DNA of 44,314 nucleotides from Pseudomonadota bacterium (GTDB lineage Bacteria; Bdellovibrionota; FAC87; UBA2466), in assembly GCA_043718025.1 (NCBI GenBank), contig JAYSWN010000232.1, positions 1-44,314 of the forward strand, in the 5' to 3' direction. A program made the translations under genes and the position numbers. Positions 35,946 through 44,314 of the stretch are shown in pieces. The notes beneath the pieces were generated by a model that was not told the DNA's origin, ran no database searches, and saw only the letters and a program-made list of their open reading frames with translations. Within the stretch, counting starts at the first letter, position 1. Every line of letters begins with the position of its first letter.

Positions 35946-37373
35946 TTGATGCCCGTTGATATTCGTATTTCACGCCACGATCCTCATAACGTAGAGATAA
36001 AGACGCATTTCTCGGTGCCGGAATCGTTTACCGGCCAAACGGATCTGTTTCTATTTCTGCCTAAAAATTTTCATGCCGCTTCCATTCGTAAAGACAAACT
36101 GATGGAAGATTTTCTTTCGCGCTCGCGCCTTGCGGTTAGTGTGCCGGTAAATATTGAGCTTTCTGAACTACGGTCCGAGCTTGAAGCCCTTCTGGCGAAA
36201 ATTGGCGATGAGTCTTCAGTTGAACTGGCCCGTCGATTTGCCGCCCACGCCTCCGAAATTTTGCGGGTGTTGGGAAAGAGACAAAAGCAGCAGCTGTATC
36301 GCAGTGCCATCGAAGACGTTCCTCGTCATTTTGAAAGCATTTACCGCTGGGTTCACGAGGTTAGAACTTCCATTGCGGTAAACGCGGTGGACAATTCATT
36401 GATCAAGTTACTAGACGAGTACTTGAGCTACTTATTCGTGAAGTACCTCACCGACCTTAAGGAATTCGCTACGAAAATAACTGGTGCCCAGGGAGAGAGC
36501 CTTCAGCAAACCTGGCGCGCATTAGAGCTGCAGGAAAAAGAGTACTGGCAAAACCGCGGATTTGGTTTTGTTTCCAGCGTCGGAGGCTACGCAAATGAGC
36601 AGCATCTGGTGCGCCTCTCCCACCTGAAGAAGTTCTTCCAGAGCAAGATGTTTGTCGAAATTGAGAAGGGCACCACCGTGGATAAACTGGCCGAGCCTTT
36701 CGCCGCGGCCAGTGCGGGCTGTGCCGCCCTGTGGATGGCCTTTTTTCAGGGCAACCTTACCGCCCACGCCAATTTGGGATTGGGCGGCAGTGCGGTGCTC
36801 ACCTCCGGCGTTTTTGCTTACATCATGAAAGATCGGATTAAAGACTGGGCAAAAAAGTATTTTATGCAGCAGGCTAGCAATTTTTTTCCGGATAACCGCC
36901 AAAAACTACTGGTCGAGAAACAGGAGATCGGCAAGACCAAGGAGTGGCTGCGGGTTTTGCCTCGCCAAAATTTAGATGAGGCCATATTGAAATGGCGGCG
37001 CCGATCTTCTTTTTCAGATCTGGAAAACGAATTGCCCGAAGACGTTTTGCATTACCGGGTTGAGCGACAAGTAAAGGCGATGGCGTTGCCGGGGCTGGGA
37101 CACCAGTGGGCCTTTCAAGATGTGTTGCGAATTAATCTCAACCGTTACTTAAAAGGGCTGGATGATCCGTTTAAAGAGGTGAGTACCTTTGATCCAGTGG
37201 GGCAGCTGACGCGCAACCGTTGTCACCGTACCTATCCCATCACCATGGTCTTAGTTTCTCGATCGGCGTGGGGACGCGGGGAAACTAGTCCAGCCGAGCG
37301 CCATCTGATTGCCCGCGTGTGGTTAGATAAGACCGGCATCGATCGAGTAGAACGCCTAGAGCACGTAACATAG
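35946..37373 (+). CDS. Hypothetical protein with a central hydrophobic hairpin
   Basis: 475-aa ORF; two moderately hydrophobic segments followed by YIMKDRIKDW; no function recognised. Confidence 0.75.
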   Translation: MMPVDIRISRHDPHNVEIKTHFSVPESFTGQTDLFLFLPKNFHAASIRKDKLMEDFLSRSRLAVSVPVNIELSELRSELEALLAKIGDESSVELARRFAAHASEILRVLGKRQKQQLYRSAIEDVPRHFESIYRWVHEVRTSIAVNAVDNSLIKLLDEYLSYLFVKYLTDLKEFATKITGAQGESLQQTWRALELQEKEYWQNRGFGFVSSVGGYANEQHLVRLSHLKKFFQSKMFVEIEKGTTVDKLAEPFAAASAGCAALWMAFFQGNLTAHANLGLGGSAVLTSGVFAYIMKDRIKDWAKKYFMQQASNFFPDNRQKLLVEKQEIGKTKEWLRVLPRQNLDEAILKWRRRSSFSDLENELPEDVLHYRVERQVKAMALPGLGHQWAFQDVLRINLNRYLKGLDDPFKEVSTFDPVGQLTRNRCHRTYPITMVLVSRSAWGRGETSPAERHLIARVWLDKTGIDRVERLEHVT

Positions 37374-37416
37374 TTTATGCGACAGTTGTGCCGCCTGAAT
37401 TCAGAGTTTGTGTTTT

Positions 37417-38421
37417 TTATTGGGAGCGGGACGGTATCGAAGGGCCACCAAACAAGGTGTCCAGTCCTTGCTCAATGGTTATCTCTGGAGTGAATCCAAA
37501 ATCCTTTTTAGCGGCGAGGCTTGAGTAGTAATGATTTTTGGCCAGCGAGTGCGCGAGAAACGGAGTGAGGCGCGGCTCACCGGTTAACTGCAAAGTGCGG
37601 TGAACGGCCTCTAGAATTGAGCCAATTCGATTTGCCGATTTGAAACTGATCTGTTTCGTTAGCGGCGCCAGACCGGCCCGTTTTAACACCTCGTCAATAA
37701 AGTCCCACAGTACCACCGGCCGCTCTTGATTGAGAAAGTAGGCCTTTCCCGCGCAGCGCCGGCCTCTGGCCAATTCCCGGGCCGCCGCGCAATGGGCTTC
37801 GGCGGCATTTTCCACGTGAATGATATCGACCAGGTTTTTTCCGTTTCCCACCCGCCGTAATTTTTGGCGATTGGCCTGCTCTAGTACCCGCGGAATGAGG
37901 TAGCGATCGCCGACCCCCCAGATCAGGTGTGGCCGAAGCGCCACAGAGGTTAGCGAGCCAACGCCGTTTGCGGCAAGTACGAGCTCTTCGGCGAGCCGTT
38001 TTGAATAGGAATAGTGGCTCATGGCCCGTCGGGGGTAGGGATAGCTTTCATCCAAGCCACGGTGATCGGTGCCATCAAAAATGACGGAAGGCGAGCTGGT
38101 GTAGATAAGCCGGGCTACGTTATTTTCTGAACAGGCCGCGACAATGTTTTTGGTTCCGGTAACATTCGTGTCGTAGAACTCTTGCCACCGCCCCCACGCC
38201 CCAACTTTGGCCGCGACGTGAAAAACCTCGTCTGCCGATCGTAAGGCGATTCGTAAACCTTGGCGATCGCTTAAGGGGCATTGCACATAAGTTACGTTCT
38301 GGAACTCCGCCGCTTTGGGAATTTGACGGCACAGTACGGTGACCTGCTTGCCCTCATTCACTAAACGCCTCACCAGGTAACTACCCAAAAAACCGGTGCC
38401 GCCCGTTACCACCGACTTCAT
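37417..38421 (-). CDS. oleD: OleD, NAD(P)H-dependent 2-alkyl-3-oxoalkanoate reductase (extended SDR)
   Basis: VTGGTGFLG, HVAAKVG.WG, YTSSPSV, YxxxK (YSYSK), ALRPHLIWG; last gene of the ole operon. Confidence 0.88.
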   Translation of the reverse strand: MKSVVTGGTGFLGSYLVRRLVNEGKQVTVLCRQIPKAAEFQNVTYVQCPLSDRQGLRIALRSADEVFHVAAKVGAWGRWQEFYDTNVTGTKNIVAACSENNVARLIYTSSPSVIFDGTDHRGLDESYPYPRRAMSHYSYSKRLAEELVLAANGVGSLTSVALRPHLIWGVGDRYLIPRVLEQANRQKLRRVGNGKNLVDIIHVENAAEAHCAAARELARGRRCAGKAYFLNQERPVVLWDFIDEVLKRAGLAPLTKQISFKSANRIGSILEAVHRTLQLTGEPRLTPFLAHSLAKNHYYSSLAAKKDFGFTPEITIEQGLDTLFGGPSIPSRSQ

Positions 38422-39980
38422 TGCAGCCTCTTTGCCATTCGGCGCGCGAGCTCGGGTCGGTCAATTTTTATGTTGTGCCGAACGTCGAGTGGAAAAGCCG
38501 ATTCGATTACGACGGCGAAAATCGGTTTGGTGAGAGGAGTTTGTTTGGCGAGTCTTAGCAGATCTTCAGCAAGCGTCGGAACGCCTCCCTTCGTCTGAAC
38601 CACTAACACTGGCTGTTGCTGCCCCTTGCGGCCAACTCCGACCAGCGCGCATTTGGTGACGCCGGGTTCATGCTCAAAAATTGCCTCGATCGGATCGGGA
38701 TAGAGAACTCCTTCCTTGGCAAAGATACGGTGATCTTTTCGGCCGCAGAACCACAGCGCCCCCTCGGCATCGAGGTACCCTACGTCCCCCATGCGGTGCC
38801 AAACCTTTTCACCATCTGAGATTTTGGCGCGCTTAGTGGCCGCGCCATCCCCAAAATACGTTTTTGTGACCCAATCGGCGCAGACCGCGATCTCGCCTTT
38901 GTGATACGGCGCTTGGCGTAATTCAGGTGTCCAGACTATCGGCTCGTCGCTAAACGGCAAAATGGCCACGTCGACTCCGGGGAGCGGCTTTCCTACGCAA
39001 GTGCCCCCACCCATAATGGTTAGCGGGTAAGTTTCGAATAACTCTTTGTGCGCTATGGTGGTGAGTGGCAGCGCCTCGGTGGCGCCGTATGGAGTGTGCA
39101 CTTGCCGGGCTAACTGAGCGCAGTTGCGAACCAACTTCTCGGGCACCTGAGCTCCGGCCATTAAAATTCGGTTGAGCGACGGCAATTCAATTTTAGATTT
39201 AAGGCAGTACTCACTTAAATTTTTCCAAATGGCGGGTGAGCCGGCGGTGTGGGTGACGCCGAAGGTGCGAATCACGGTGGCCAGCGCCTTGCCATTTGTC
39301 TTGGCCGGGCGCGCCGGGTCCATTTTTGGAATAACGGCGGTGATGCCCCACGCCGCCGAAAACAAGGCGAAGAGGGGAAACACCACCAAATCAACTTCGT
39401 GATCTTCGATTCCGTAAGCACTCCGCAATAGTTGTTGTTGATGATCGAATGCCCGGTGAGTGTAGACCACTCCCTTGGGCACTCCCGTACTTCCGCTCGT
39501 AAAAAGAATGGCGGCGGTATCATTGCCCTGGGTTGGGTGGCGATCTTTAACCGTAACGAAGGGGATTTTCCCGGCGACCACGCGCGGAATGCGAATGCGA
39601 ATTTTGGCGGTGGCGAAGGGTCTAGGAAAAAGCCTGGCCAGGAGTAACGCCGGCAACACGCCCACCACGGCGTGAGGGGCAACCTGGGCAATACAGCGCA
39701 AAATATTTTTACGCGTCATGCCCGGATCAATGAATACCGGTATGGCCCCCAGTCGGAAGCAGCCGTAAACGGCCGGCACAAACTCAAAGCCAGGCCTTAC
39801 GAATAGCGCCACCCGCATTCCGGACCGAATGCCTTTGCCGTGGAATAGTGCGGCCATGCGATCGCACTCGGCCTCGAGCTGCGCAAAGCAGAGGCTTTCT
39901 CCCGCAGCCAGTACGACGGCCCTACGATTTGGATTTTTCGCCGCTTCGGCTGTCAAATGGCGGCAAATATTTTCAGGCAT
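38418..39980 (-). CDS. oleC: OleC, AMP-forming beta-lactone synthetase
   Basis: IDPGM, FTSGSTGVPKG, FPLFALF, TPYGATEALP, WHRMGDVG, WFCGRK, DVRHNIKIDR. Confidence 0.9.
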   Translation of the reverse strand: MPENICRHLTAEAAKNPNRRAVVLAAGESLCFAQLEAECDRMAALFHGKGIRSGMRVALFVRPGFEFVPAVYGCFRLGAIPVFIDPGMTRKNILRCIAQVAPHAVVGVLPALLLARLFPRPFATAKIRIRIPRVVAGKIPFVTVKDRHPTQGNDTAAILFTSGSTGVPKGVVYTHRAFDHQQQLLRSAYGIEDHEVDLVVFPLFALFSAAWGITAVIPKMDPARPAKTNGKALATVIRTFGVTHTAGSPAIWKNLSEYCLKSKIELPSLNRILMAGAQVPEKLVRNCAQLARQVHTPYGATEALPLTTIAHKELFETYPLTIMGGGTCVGKPLPGVDVAILPFSDEPIVWTPELRQAPYHKGEIAVCADWVTKTYFGDGAATKRAKISDGEKVWHRMGDVGYLDAEGALWFCGRKDHRIFAKEGVLYPDPIEAIFEHEPGVTKCALVGVGRKGQQQPVLVVQTKGGVPTLAEDLLRLAKQTPLTKPIFAVVIESAFPLDVRHNIKIDRPELARRMAKRLQ

Positions 39981-40839
39981 CGGCCGTTCGTTCTAAAAAG
40001 GATTGGGAGAGTGAAAGCACCTTTTCCGCTTCATCTTCTACGATGTAGTGGCCGGCCTCAGAAAAAAGATGGCTCTCACTTTGCGGAAATCGGCGCTTCC
40101 ACTCATCGAGAAAATGCGTGGTGAAGACAAAATCTTTCGCTCCCCAGATTAAGGTTATGGGACGATTTCTAAATTCCGTCAGCCCTTGCTCAATTCGTTG
40201 CAAGGTGTTCCAGCTCGGGTGACGAGGGGAAAGGGGGATGTCCCTCACGAACTCATAGGTGGCAATGCGATTTTGAAAAGTATCGTACGGCTTTAAATAC
40301 GCCCGTCGCACCGCGGGGGGCAAACCCTTGGTGGTGGCGAGCTGAGTGGCTCCCCAGGCGAACGCGTTCAACCCTTGAATAGCGAGTTTTCCCAACCCGG
40401 GGGTTCGGCATAACGAAAGTCTTATTGGCATTTTCTTCGATGGGAAGGCAGCCGTATTAAACACAACAAAACGCTTTACGTTGGCCGGGTTGTCGACGGC
40501 GTAGCCCATGCCAATGGCTCCGCCCCAGTCGTGGAGAAAGAGGGTAATGTCTATTGCCTGCAAGTGACCCAGCAGCGCCTTTACGTTGTCGATGTGGTTC
40601 TTCAAACGGTACTCGTACGTCTGCGGCTTGTCGGAAAGGCCACAGCCCAAATGATCGGGCGCAATCACCCGGTATTTCTGGCTAAGTGCCTTTAACAAAT
40701 TTCGCCAGTAGTACGACCAGGTAGGATTGCCGTGCAAGAAGACCAAGACCGGCCCTTGCCCTTCGTCGACATAATGCATCCGATGACCGTTGGGCAGGGT
40801 GAAGTGGCGCGACACAAAAGGGTATTCAAAAAAGCTCAT
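39973..40839 (-). CDS. oleB: OleB, haloalkane-dehalogenase-like beta-lactone decarboxylase
   Basis: MHYVDEG, HGNPTWS, HDWGGAIG (Asp nucleophile), NTAAF, AGHY. Confidence 0.9.
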   Translation of the reverse strand: MSFFEYPFVSRHFTLPNGHRMHYVDEGQGPVLVFLHGNPTWSYYWRNLLKALSQKYRVIAPDHLGCGLSDKPQTYEYRLKNHIDNVKALLGHLQAIDITLFLHDWGGAIGMGYAVDNPANVKRFVVFNTAAFPSKKMPIRLSLCRTPGLGKLAIQGLNAFAWGATQLATTKGLPPAVRRAYLKPYDTFQNRIATYEFVRDIPLSPRHPSWNTLQRIEQGLTEFRNRPITLIWGAKDFVFTTHFLDEWKRRFPQSESHLFSEAGHYIVEDEAEKVLSLSQSFLERTADA

Positions 40840-41885
40840 GCCACCGCCCCTTCATTCCATTCCATTCCCAGCATGCCACACACCAAGCCGCTGCCGATTC
40901 CCAATAAAGCTAAGCGCGATTGCGGCGCAATCTGGCGGCGACGAGCCGCATCGGTGAGGGTGACGCCAATCGAAGCGGCCCCCATGTTGCCAAATTCGGC
41001 GAAGGTCGAAAACTCGGTGGCATGCGCCAATTCCAGTCGGGCTTTCATTAGTTCGGCATGAGCCTTACCGACCTGGTGGGGCACGAATCCGGTAAGCAGA
41101 TGAGGTGACCAGCCTAAAATCGCGCGCGTCTCGCTCCACGTTTCAACGGCTAATGTCACCCCGGCGTGCAACATGGCTTCGCTATCGGTCTCCATCGTCT
41201 CTCCCCGGCTCTGACACAGGGGAGAAAATGCAGTGGCGCTGCGAAAAGCTCCGCCCAAGATCTTGGCGCCGGTGTCGCGTCGGCAGTTGGCGAATGAGCT
41301 GAGCAGAGCCGCCGAACCGCCCGAACCCAGAGTCAATGTCGCCAAATGTTTTTTCACGGTTTCACGAGTCGCGGCCGTATCGCCATTTAAGAAGTGGATG
41401 GTGTTGTCTACCACCGATCGCGCCTCTTCCCCGCTTACCACCAAAATGTGGTGCGCCTGCCCACTTTCGATCATCGCGGCGCCCACCGCCAAGGCGTTGA
41501 CCCAGCTGAGACAAGCATTAGAAAGATCAAAAAGTAGGCAAGAGGGGGATAGCTTCAAGTTGTGATGAACCACGGCCGCCGTGGCGGGTTCTAAGAAATT
41601 TCTACACACTGAGGCGTGGATTAGTACGTTAATCTCTCCTCGTAACTGCGGAACGCGGGAGAACAGATCTTCGGCCGCGGCGGTGGCGATATCGCTGGGT
41701 AGAGTGCGCGCCGCAAAGAAACGGCGGTGCCGAATGCCCGTCATCAATTCAAGGCGTCCGGGCAGTAGAGAAAATTTTTCGTAGCAGGGGGAGAGGCGCG
41801 CCTCAATCTCGAGGCTAGAGACACTTTCGGCGGGAAGGTGCATGCCCAGCGCGGCTAGCCTAACGTTTTCAAATGCGGTCTTCAA
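40836..41885 (-). CDS. oleA: OleA, thiolase/FabH-like head-to-head acyl condensing enzyme
   Basis: SVCR.FLEPATA (OleA Glu), DLSNACL (Cys), LTLGSG, PHQVG (His), GNMG (Asn), GIGSGL. GGAG lies 9 nt before TTG 41885, giving the typical '..FENV' N-terminus. Confidence 0.9.
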   Translation of the reverse strand: MKTAFENVRLAALGMHLPAESVSSLEIEARLSPCYEKFSLLPGRLELMTGIRHRRFFAARTLPSDIATAAAEDLFSRVPQLRGEINVLIHASVCRNFLEPATAAVVHHNLKLSPSCLLFDLSNACLSWVNALAVGAAMIESGQAHHILVVSGEEARSVVDNTIHFLNGDTAATRETVKKHLATLTLGSGGSAALLSSFANCRRDTGAKILGGAFRSATAFSPLCQSRGETMETDSEAMLHAGVTLAVETWSETRAILGWSPHLLTGFVPHQVGKAHAELMKARLELAHATEFSTFAEFGNMGAASIGVTLTDAARRRQIAPQSRLALLGIGSGLVCGMLGMEWNEGAVA

Positions 41886-41956
41886 AGAGAATTTCTCCGG
41901 TGCCACCAAGCCTGCCCGTAAAACGTGTTTTTGGTGCGACGCCGCCACTCTAGCCA

Positions 41957-41983
41957 ATATTACAAAAATGTGAAATATATAAT
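41957..41983. promoter_or_regulatory. Imperfect palindrome (candidate operator) between divergent -10 elements
   Basis: ATATTACA-N6-TGAAATAT at 41957-41978; TATAAT on + at 41978-41983; TAATAT on - at 41962-41957. Confidence 0.5.
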
Positions 41984-42057
41984 AACTCAAATTTAAACGG
42001 TGCCCGCAGTTGACCGCTCGGGCCTAGGCATTCAGTAAAAATAACACGGGACGTAAA

Positions 42058-42699
42058 ATGGCAAAGTTGAAGACGGCAGTAAAAATGAAACCAATGAATG
42101 TATCGCGTGATCCCAATATCACCCAATACGAAGAGTTCTTAAAAGCGGTGGGGTTCAAACGCTCGGATGGGTCGATCTTTGGTTTGCTGGCCCTCAGTGC
42201 GGAAGCCCTTTCGTCGGAAGAGATTGGCAAAATCTTGGGGCTTTCCCAAGGCGCCGTAAGCCAAGGGTTGAACAATTTGGTCCACTGGGGGGCGGTTGAG
42301 TCGCGCTACTCATCGTTAAAAAGGGCGCACTTACATAACGCTGTGGGCGATAGTTTGGCCATTGTGTCGACCATTTTTCAGAAACGGGAGAAGGGGGCCA
42401 TCGAAGCGTTTCGCCGTGCCAATGAAACCGCGCGTGACCGCTTTCTGGCGGAGGGGGCCAAACCTGACAGCGATCGCATTCAGCGCCTCACCTCTTACGT
42501 CACCACCTGCGAGTTTGCGCAAGTGGTGATGGATTTTGCGATTTTGATGAGCCGCCTAGGGGCTTCGCAATCGCAGTACTCAAAAGTGATTCGCACCTTA
42601 CCCAAAGTTTTGAGCACCGTAGTCAGCGGTTCAAAAGTTTTATCCGGGTTTGGTAGTCAGCTTATGGCGCAGGTCAAGGAAAGGACCGCATGGCGTTAA
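42058..42699 (+). CDS. GbsR/MarR-like winged-helix transcriptional regulator
   Basis: GF.RS.G.IFGLL.LS...LS.EEI...LGLSQGAVSQGL..LV.WG.V matches the GbsR-type wHTH; start may be 42085 or 42094. Confidence 0.8.
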   Translation: MAKLKTAVKMKPMNVSRDPNITQYEEFLKAVGFKRSDGSIFGLLALSAEALSSEEIGKILGLSQGAVSQGLNNLVHWGAVESRYSSLKRAHLHNAVGDSLAIVSTIFQKREKGAIEAFRRANETARDRFLAEGAKPDSDRIQRLTSYVTTCEFAQVVMDFAILMSRLGASQSQYSKVIRTLPKVLSTVVSGSKVLSGFGSQLMAQVKERTAWR

Positions 42700-43955
42700 G
42701 GGAACGAATTGTAATTACGGGGGTGGGGCTTACCGCCCCGAACGCCGACAACTTGCCGGACTTTCGGCAGGCCTTATTGACTCAAAAGTCTGGGGTGCAG
42801 TGGTTTGAAACGCGCCACCTGGGTAAAGTTTTAGCCGGCGTCTGTCACTTCGATGAGTTCTTATACCAAAAAAAGAAAGAGCGAAGGCGGGGCACCCGGG
42901 CTGGCTCGATCGCCATTTATTGCGGTAACGAAGCATTAAAAGATGCGCGGCTAGATATTCCAAACGACCCTTCGGTAAGCGGACACACTTCGCGCATTGG
43001 GGTCTACCTAGGTATCACCGAGCACGGTAACGTAGAGACCGAAAACGAAGTTTGGAATTTGCAGCAGTTTGAGAATGATCCGCAGTACTGGTCGCATCAT
43101 CACAACCCCCGCACCGTGGCCAATAACCCGGCCGGCGAACTCTGTTTAAACCGCGGCCTCACCGGCCCCCATTTGTGTTTAGGGGCGGCGTGCGCCGCCG
43201 GCAATTGTGGATTGATTCACGGCGCCCAAATGCTGATGCTCGATGAGATCGATGTGGCGTTGTGCGGCGGCGTTTCGGAATCGATCCATACCTTCGGAAT
43301 TTTTGCGAGTTTCGCGAGCCAGGGGGCGTTGGGGAAGAACATAAATCCGACCCAGGCCAGTCGGCCGTTCGATAAAGAACGAAACGGAATTGTCGCCTCC
43401 GAGGGCGGCTGTGTTTTTGTGGTTGAAAAACTATCGCGGGCCCTTGAGCGCGGCGCCAAAATTTATGGCGAACTGGCGGGTTACGCTTCGAACACCGACG
43501 CCACCGATTTCGTTTTGCCCAACGCCAATCGGCAAGCCGAGTGCATGCGGGCGGCTTTACACAAAGCGGATCTGCAACCGGCCGATATCAACATCGTTAA
43601 CGCCCACGCTACTGCGACTCCCCTGGGCGACACTCAAGAGGCCGACGCGATAAACCGGGTCTTCGGAGATTTCGAATCTGTGCACATCAATGCCACAAAA
43701 GGATTTATTGGCCACTGCATGGGCGCCGCCGGGGCGTTAGAGATAGCGGGCAACCTACCTTCGTTCGCCGACGGTTTAATTCACCCCACCATGAATTTCA
43801 CGGGGTTCGATGAAAACTGCCGCGTGCGTAATCTCGTGCACGGGGAGCCCAAAGCGATTGAGAATATCAATTACATAATGAACCTATCGTCAGGAATGTT
43901 GGGAATCAACACGGCGGTAATCCTAAAAAAGTTTGAATTGGAGAAAACACCATGA
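42690..43955 (+). CDS. Beta-ketoacyl-ACP synthase (FabF/FabB-type, Cys-His-His)
   Basis: IVITGVG, AACAAG, SRPFD..RNG, NAHATAT..GD..E, KGFIGHCMGAAG; overlaps the regulator stop. Confidence 0.92.
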   Translation: MALRERIVITGVGLTAPNADNLPDFRQALLTQKSGVQWFETRHLGKVLAGVCHFDEFLYQKKKERRRGTRAGSIAIYCGNEALKDARLDIPNDPSVSGHTSRIGVYLGITEHGNVETENEVWNLQQFENDPQYWSHHHNPRTVANNPAGELCLNRGLTGPHLCLGAACAAGNCGLIHGAQMLMLDEIDVALCGGVSESIHTFGIFASFASQGALGKNINPTQASRPFDKERNGIVASEGGCVFVVEKLSRALERGAKIYGELAGYASNTDATDFVLPNANRQAECMRAALHKADLQPADINIVNAHATATPLGDTQEADAINRVFGDFESVHINATKGFIGHCMGAAGALEIAGNLPSFADGLIHPTMNFTGFDENCRVRNLVHGEPKAIENINYIMNLSSGMLGINTAVILKKFELEKTP

Positions 43956-44221
43956 CCCGCGAAGAGATCAAAAATGAGATCAAAAACATTATTTCCCAAA
44001 TCGCTCCCGATGAAAATTTGGCGGCGATCACCGAAGAAGGCGTATTGCGTGAGCAGATCAACTTAGATTCGATGGATTTCTTAGATATCATTATGGAACT
44101 CCGAAAGCGTCATAAAGTGAACGTACCCGAAGTTGATTACGGGCAGTTTAAGACCCTGGGTAGTTCGGCTGACTACCTCTTGCCGCACTTAGGTAGCGCG
44201 CAAAAAGCGGGAAACGCTTGA
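43952..44221 (+). CDS. Acyl carrier protein
   Basis: LDSMDFLDI phosphopantetheine site; acidic, 89 aa; ATGA overlap with the ketosynthase. Confidence 0.92.
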   Translation: MTREEIKNEIKNIISQIAPDENLAAITEEGVLREQINLDSMDFLDIIMELRKRHKVNVPEVDYGQFKTLGSSADYLLPHLGSAQKAGNA

Positions 44222-44234
44222 GGCCGAGAAATTC

Positions 44235-44314
44235 GTGAGTTCTTACGATGCCGTGGTCATTGGCGCGGGGATGAGTGGTTTGGGAGCGGGGATCCGTCTC
44301 GCGCACTTTGGTAA
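44235..44314 (+). CDS. FAD/NAD(P)-binding oxidoreductase, probably phytoene-desaturase family (5' fragment)
   Basis: Not in the ORF track. GTG 44235 translates as MSSYDAVVIGAGMSGLGAGIRLAHFG, a Rossmann GxGxxG start; runs off the window. Confidence 0.7.
   Translation, partial: MSSYDAVVIGAGMSGLGAGIRLAHFG

Noticed and set aside
39973..40839. Haloalkane dehalogenase call
   Set aside because: Its position between oleA and oleC identifies it as OleB, which shares that fold.
41886..41990. N-terminal extension of OleA
   Set aside because: It runs through the AT-rich promoter region; the OleA-like sequence and RBS begin at TTG 41885.
1..44314. UGA reassignment or a selenoprotein in this window
   Set aside because: TGA ends complete proteins (clpS, clpA, PLD, ACP, KS) at expected positions, and I saw no domain interrupted by an in-frame TGA.
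1..44314. CRISPR array, IS element, prophage or rRNA
   Set aside because: No regularly spaced direct repeats, transposase, integrase, phage genes or rRNA-like tracts were seen by eye.

Overview
Gene-dense, standard-code bacterial chromosomal window (~44 kb, moderately GC-rich). Gene content suggests a Bdellovibrionota or other deltaproteobacterial-type lineage (inference). Left to right: partial rluD; a FlhG/MinD-type ATPase with a J-like/HTH partner; an atypical UCA-anticodon tRNA (selC); a four-receiver signalling cluster with no intact kinase; secreted or lipoprotein hypotheticals; a stand-alone JAB/MPN protein; PLD-tatA; cstA; kdsC; aat; a PBP; two tandem M14-type carboxypeptidases; a degenerate class III cyclase facing a CpdA-like phosphoesterase; a VanY-like peptidase followed by tolC-macA-macB; recN; clpS-clpA. 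The right end holds a complete oleABCD olefin operon divergent from a GbsR/MarR-type regulator, ketosynthase, ACP and FAD-oxidoreductase operon that runs off the window. The strongest candidate for an under-described system is this ole plus dedicated type II FAS/desaturase locus with a shared palindromic operator. Other notable items are several pseudo-enzymes (kinase without CA domain, His-less HPt, Asp-less cyclase, HPD-less J domain), a bulged 12-bp tRNA-Sec, a possible attenuator over the tolC RBS and repeated leaderless-gene signatures. No CRISPR array, integrase, transposase or rRNA was seen. All calls come from reading motifs by eye; no database searches were run.
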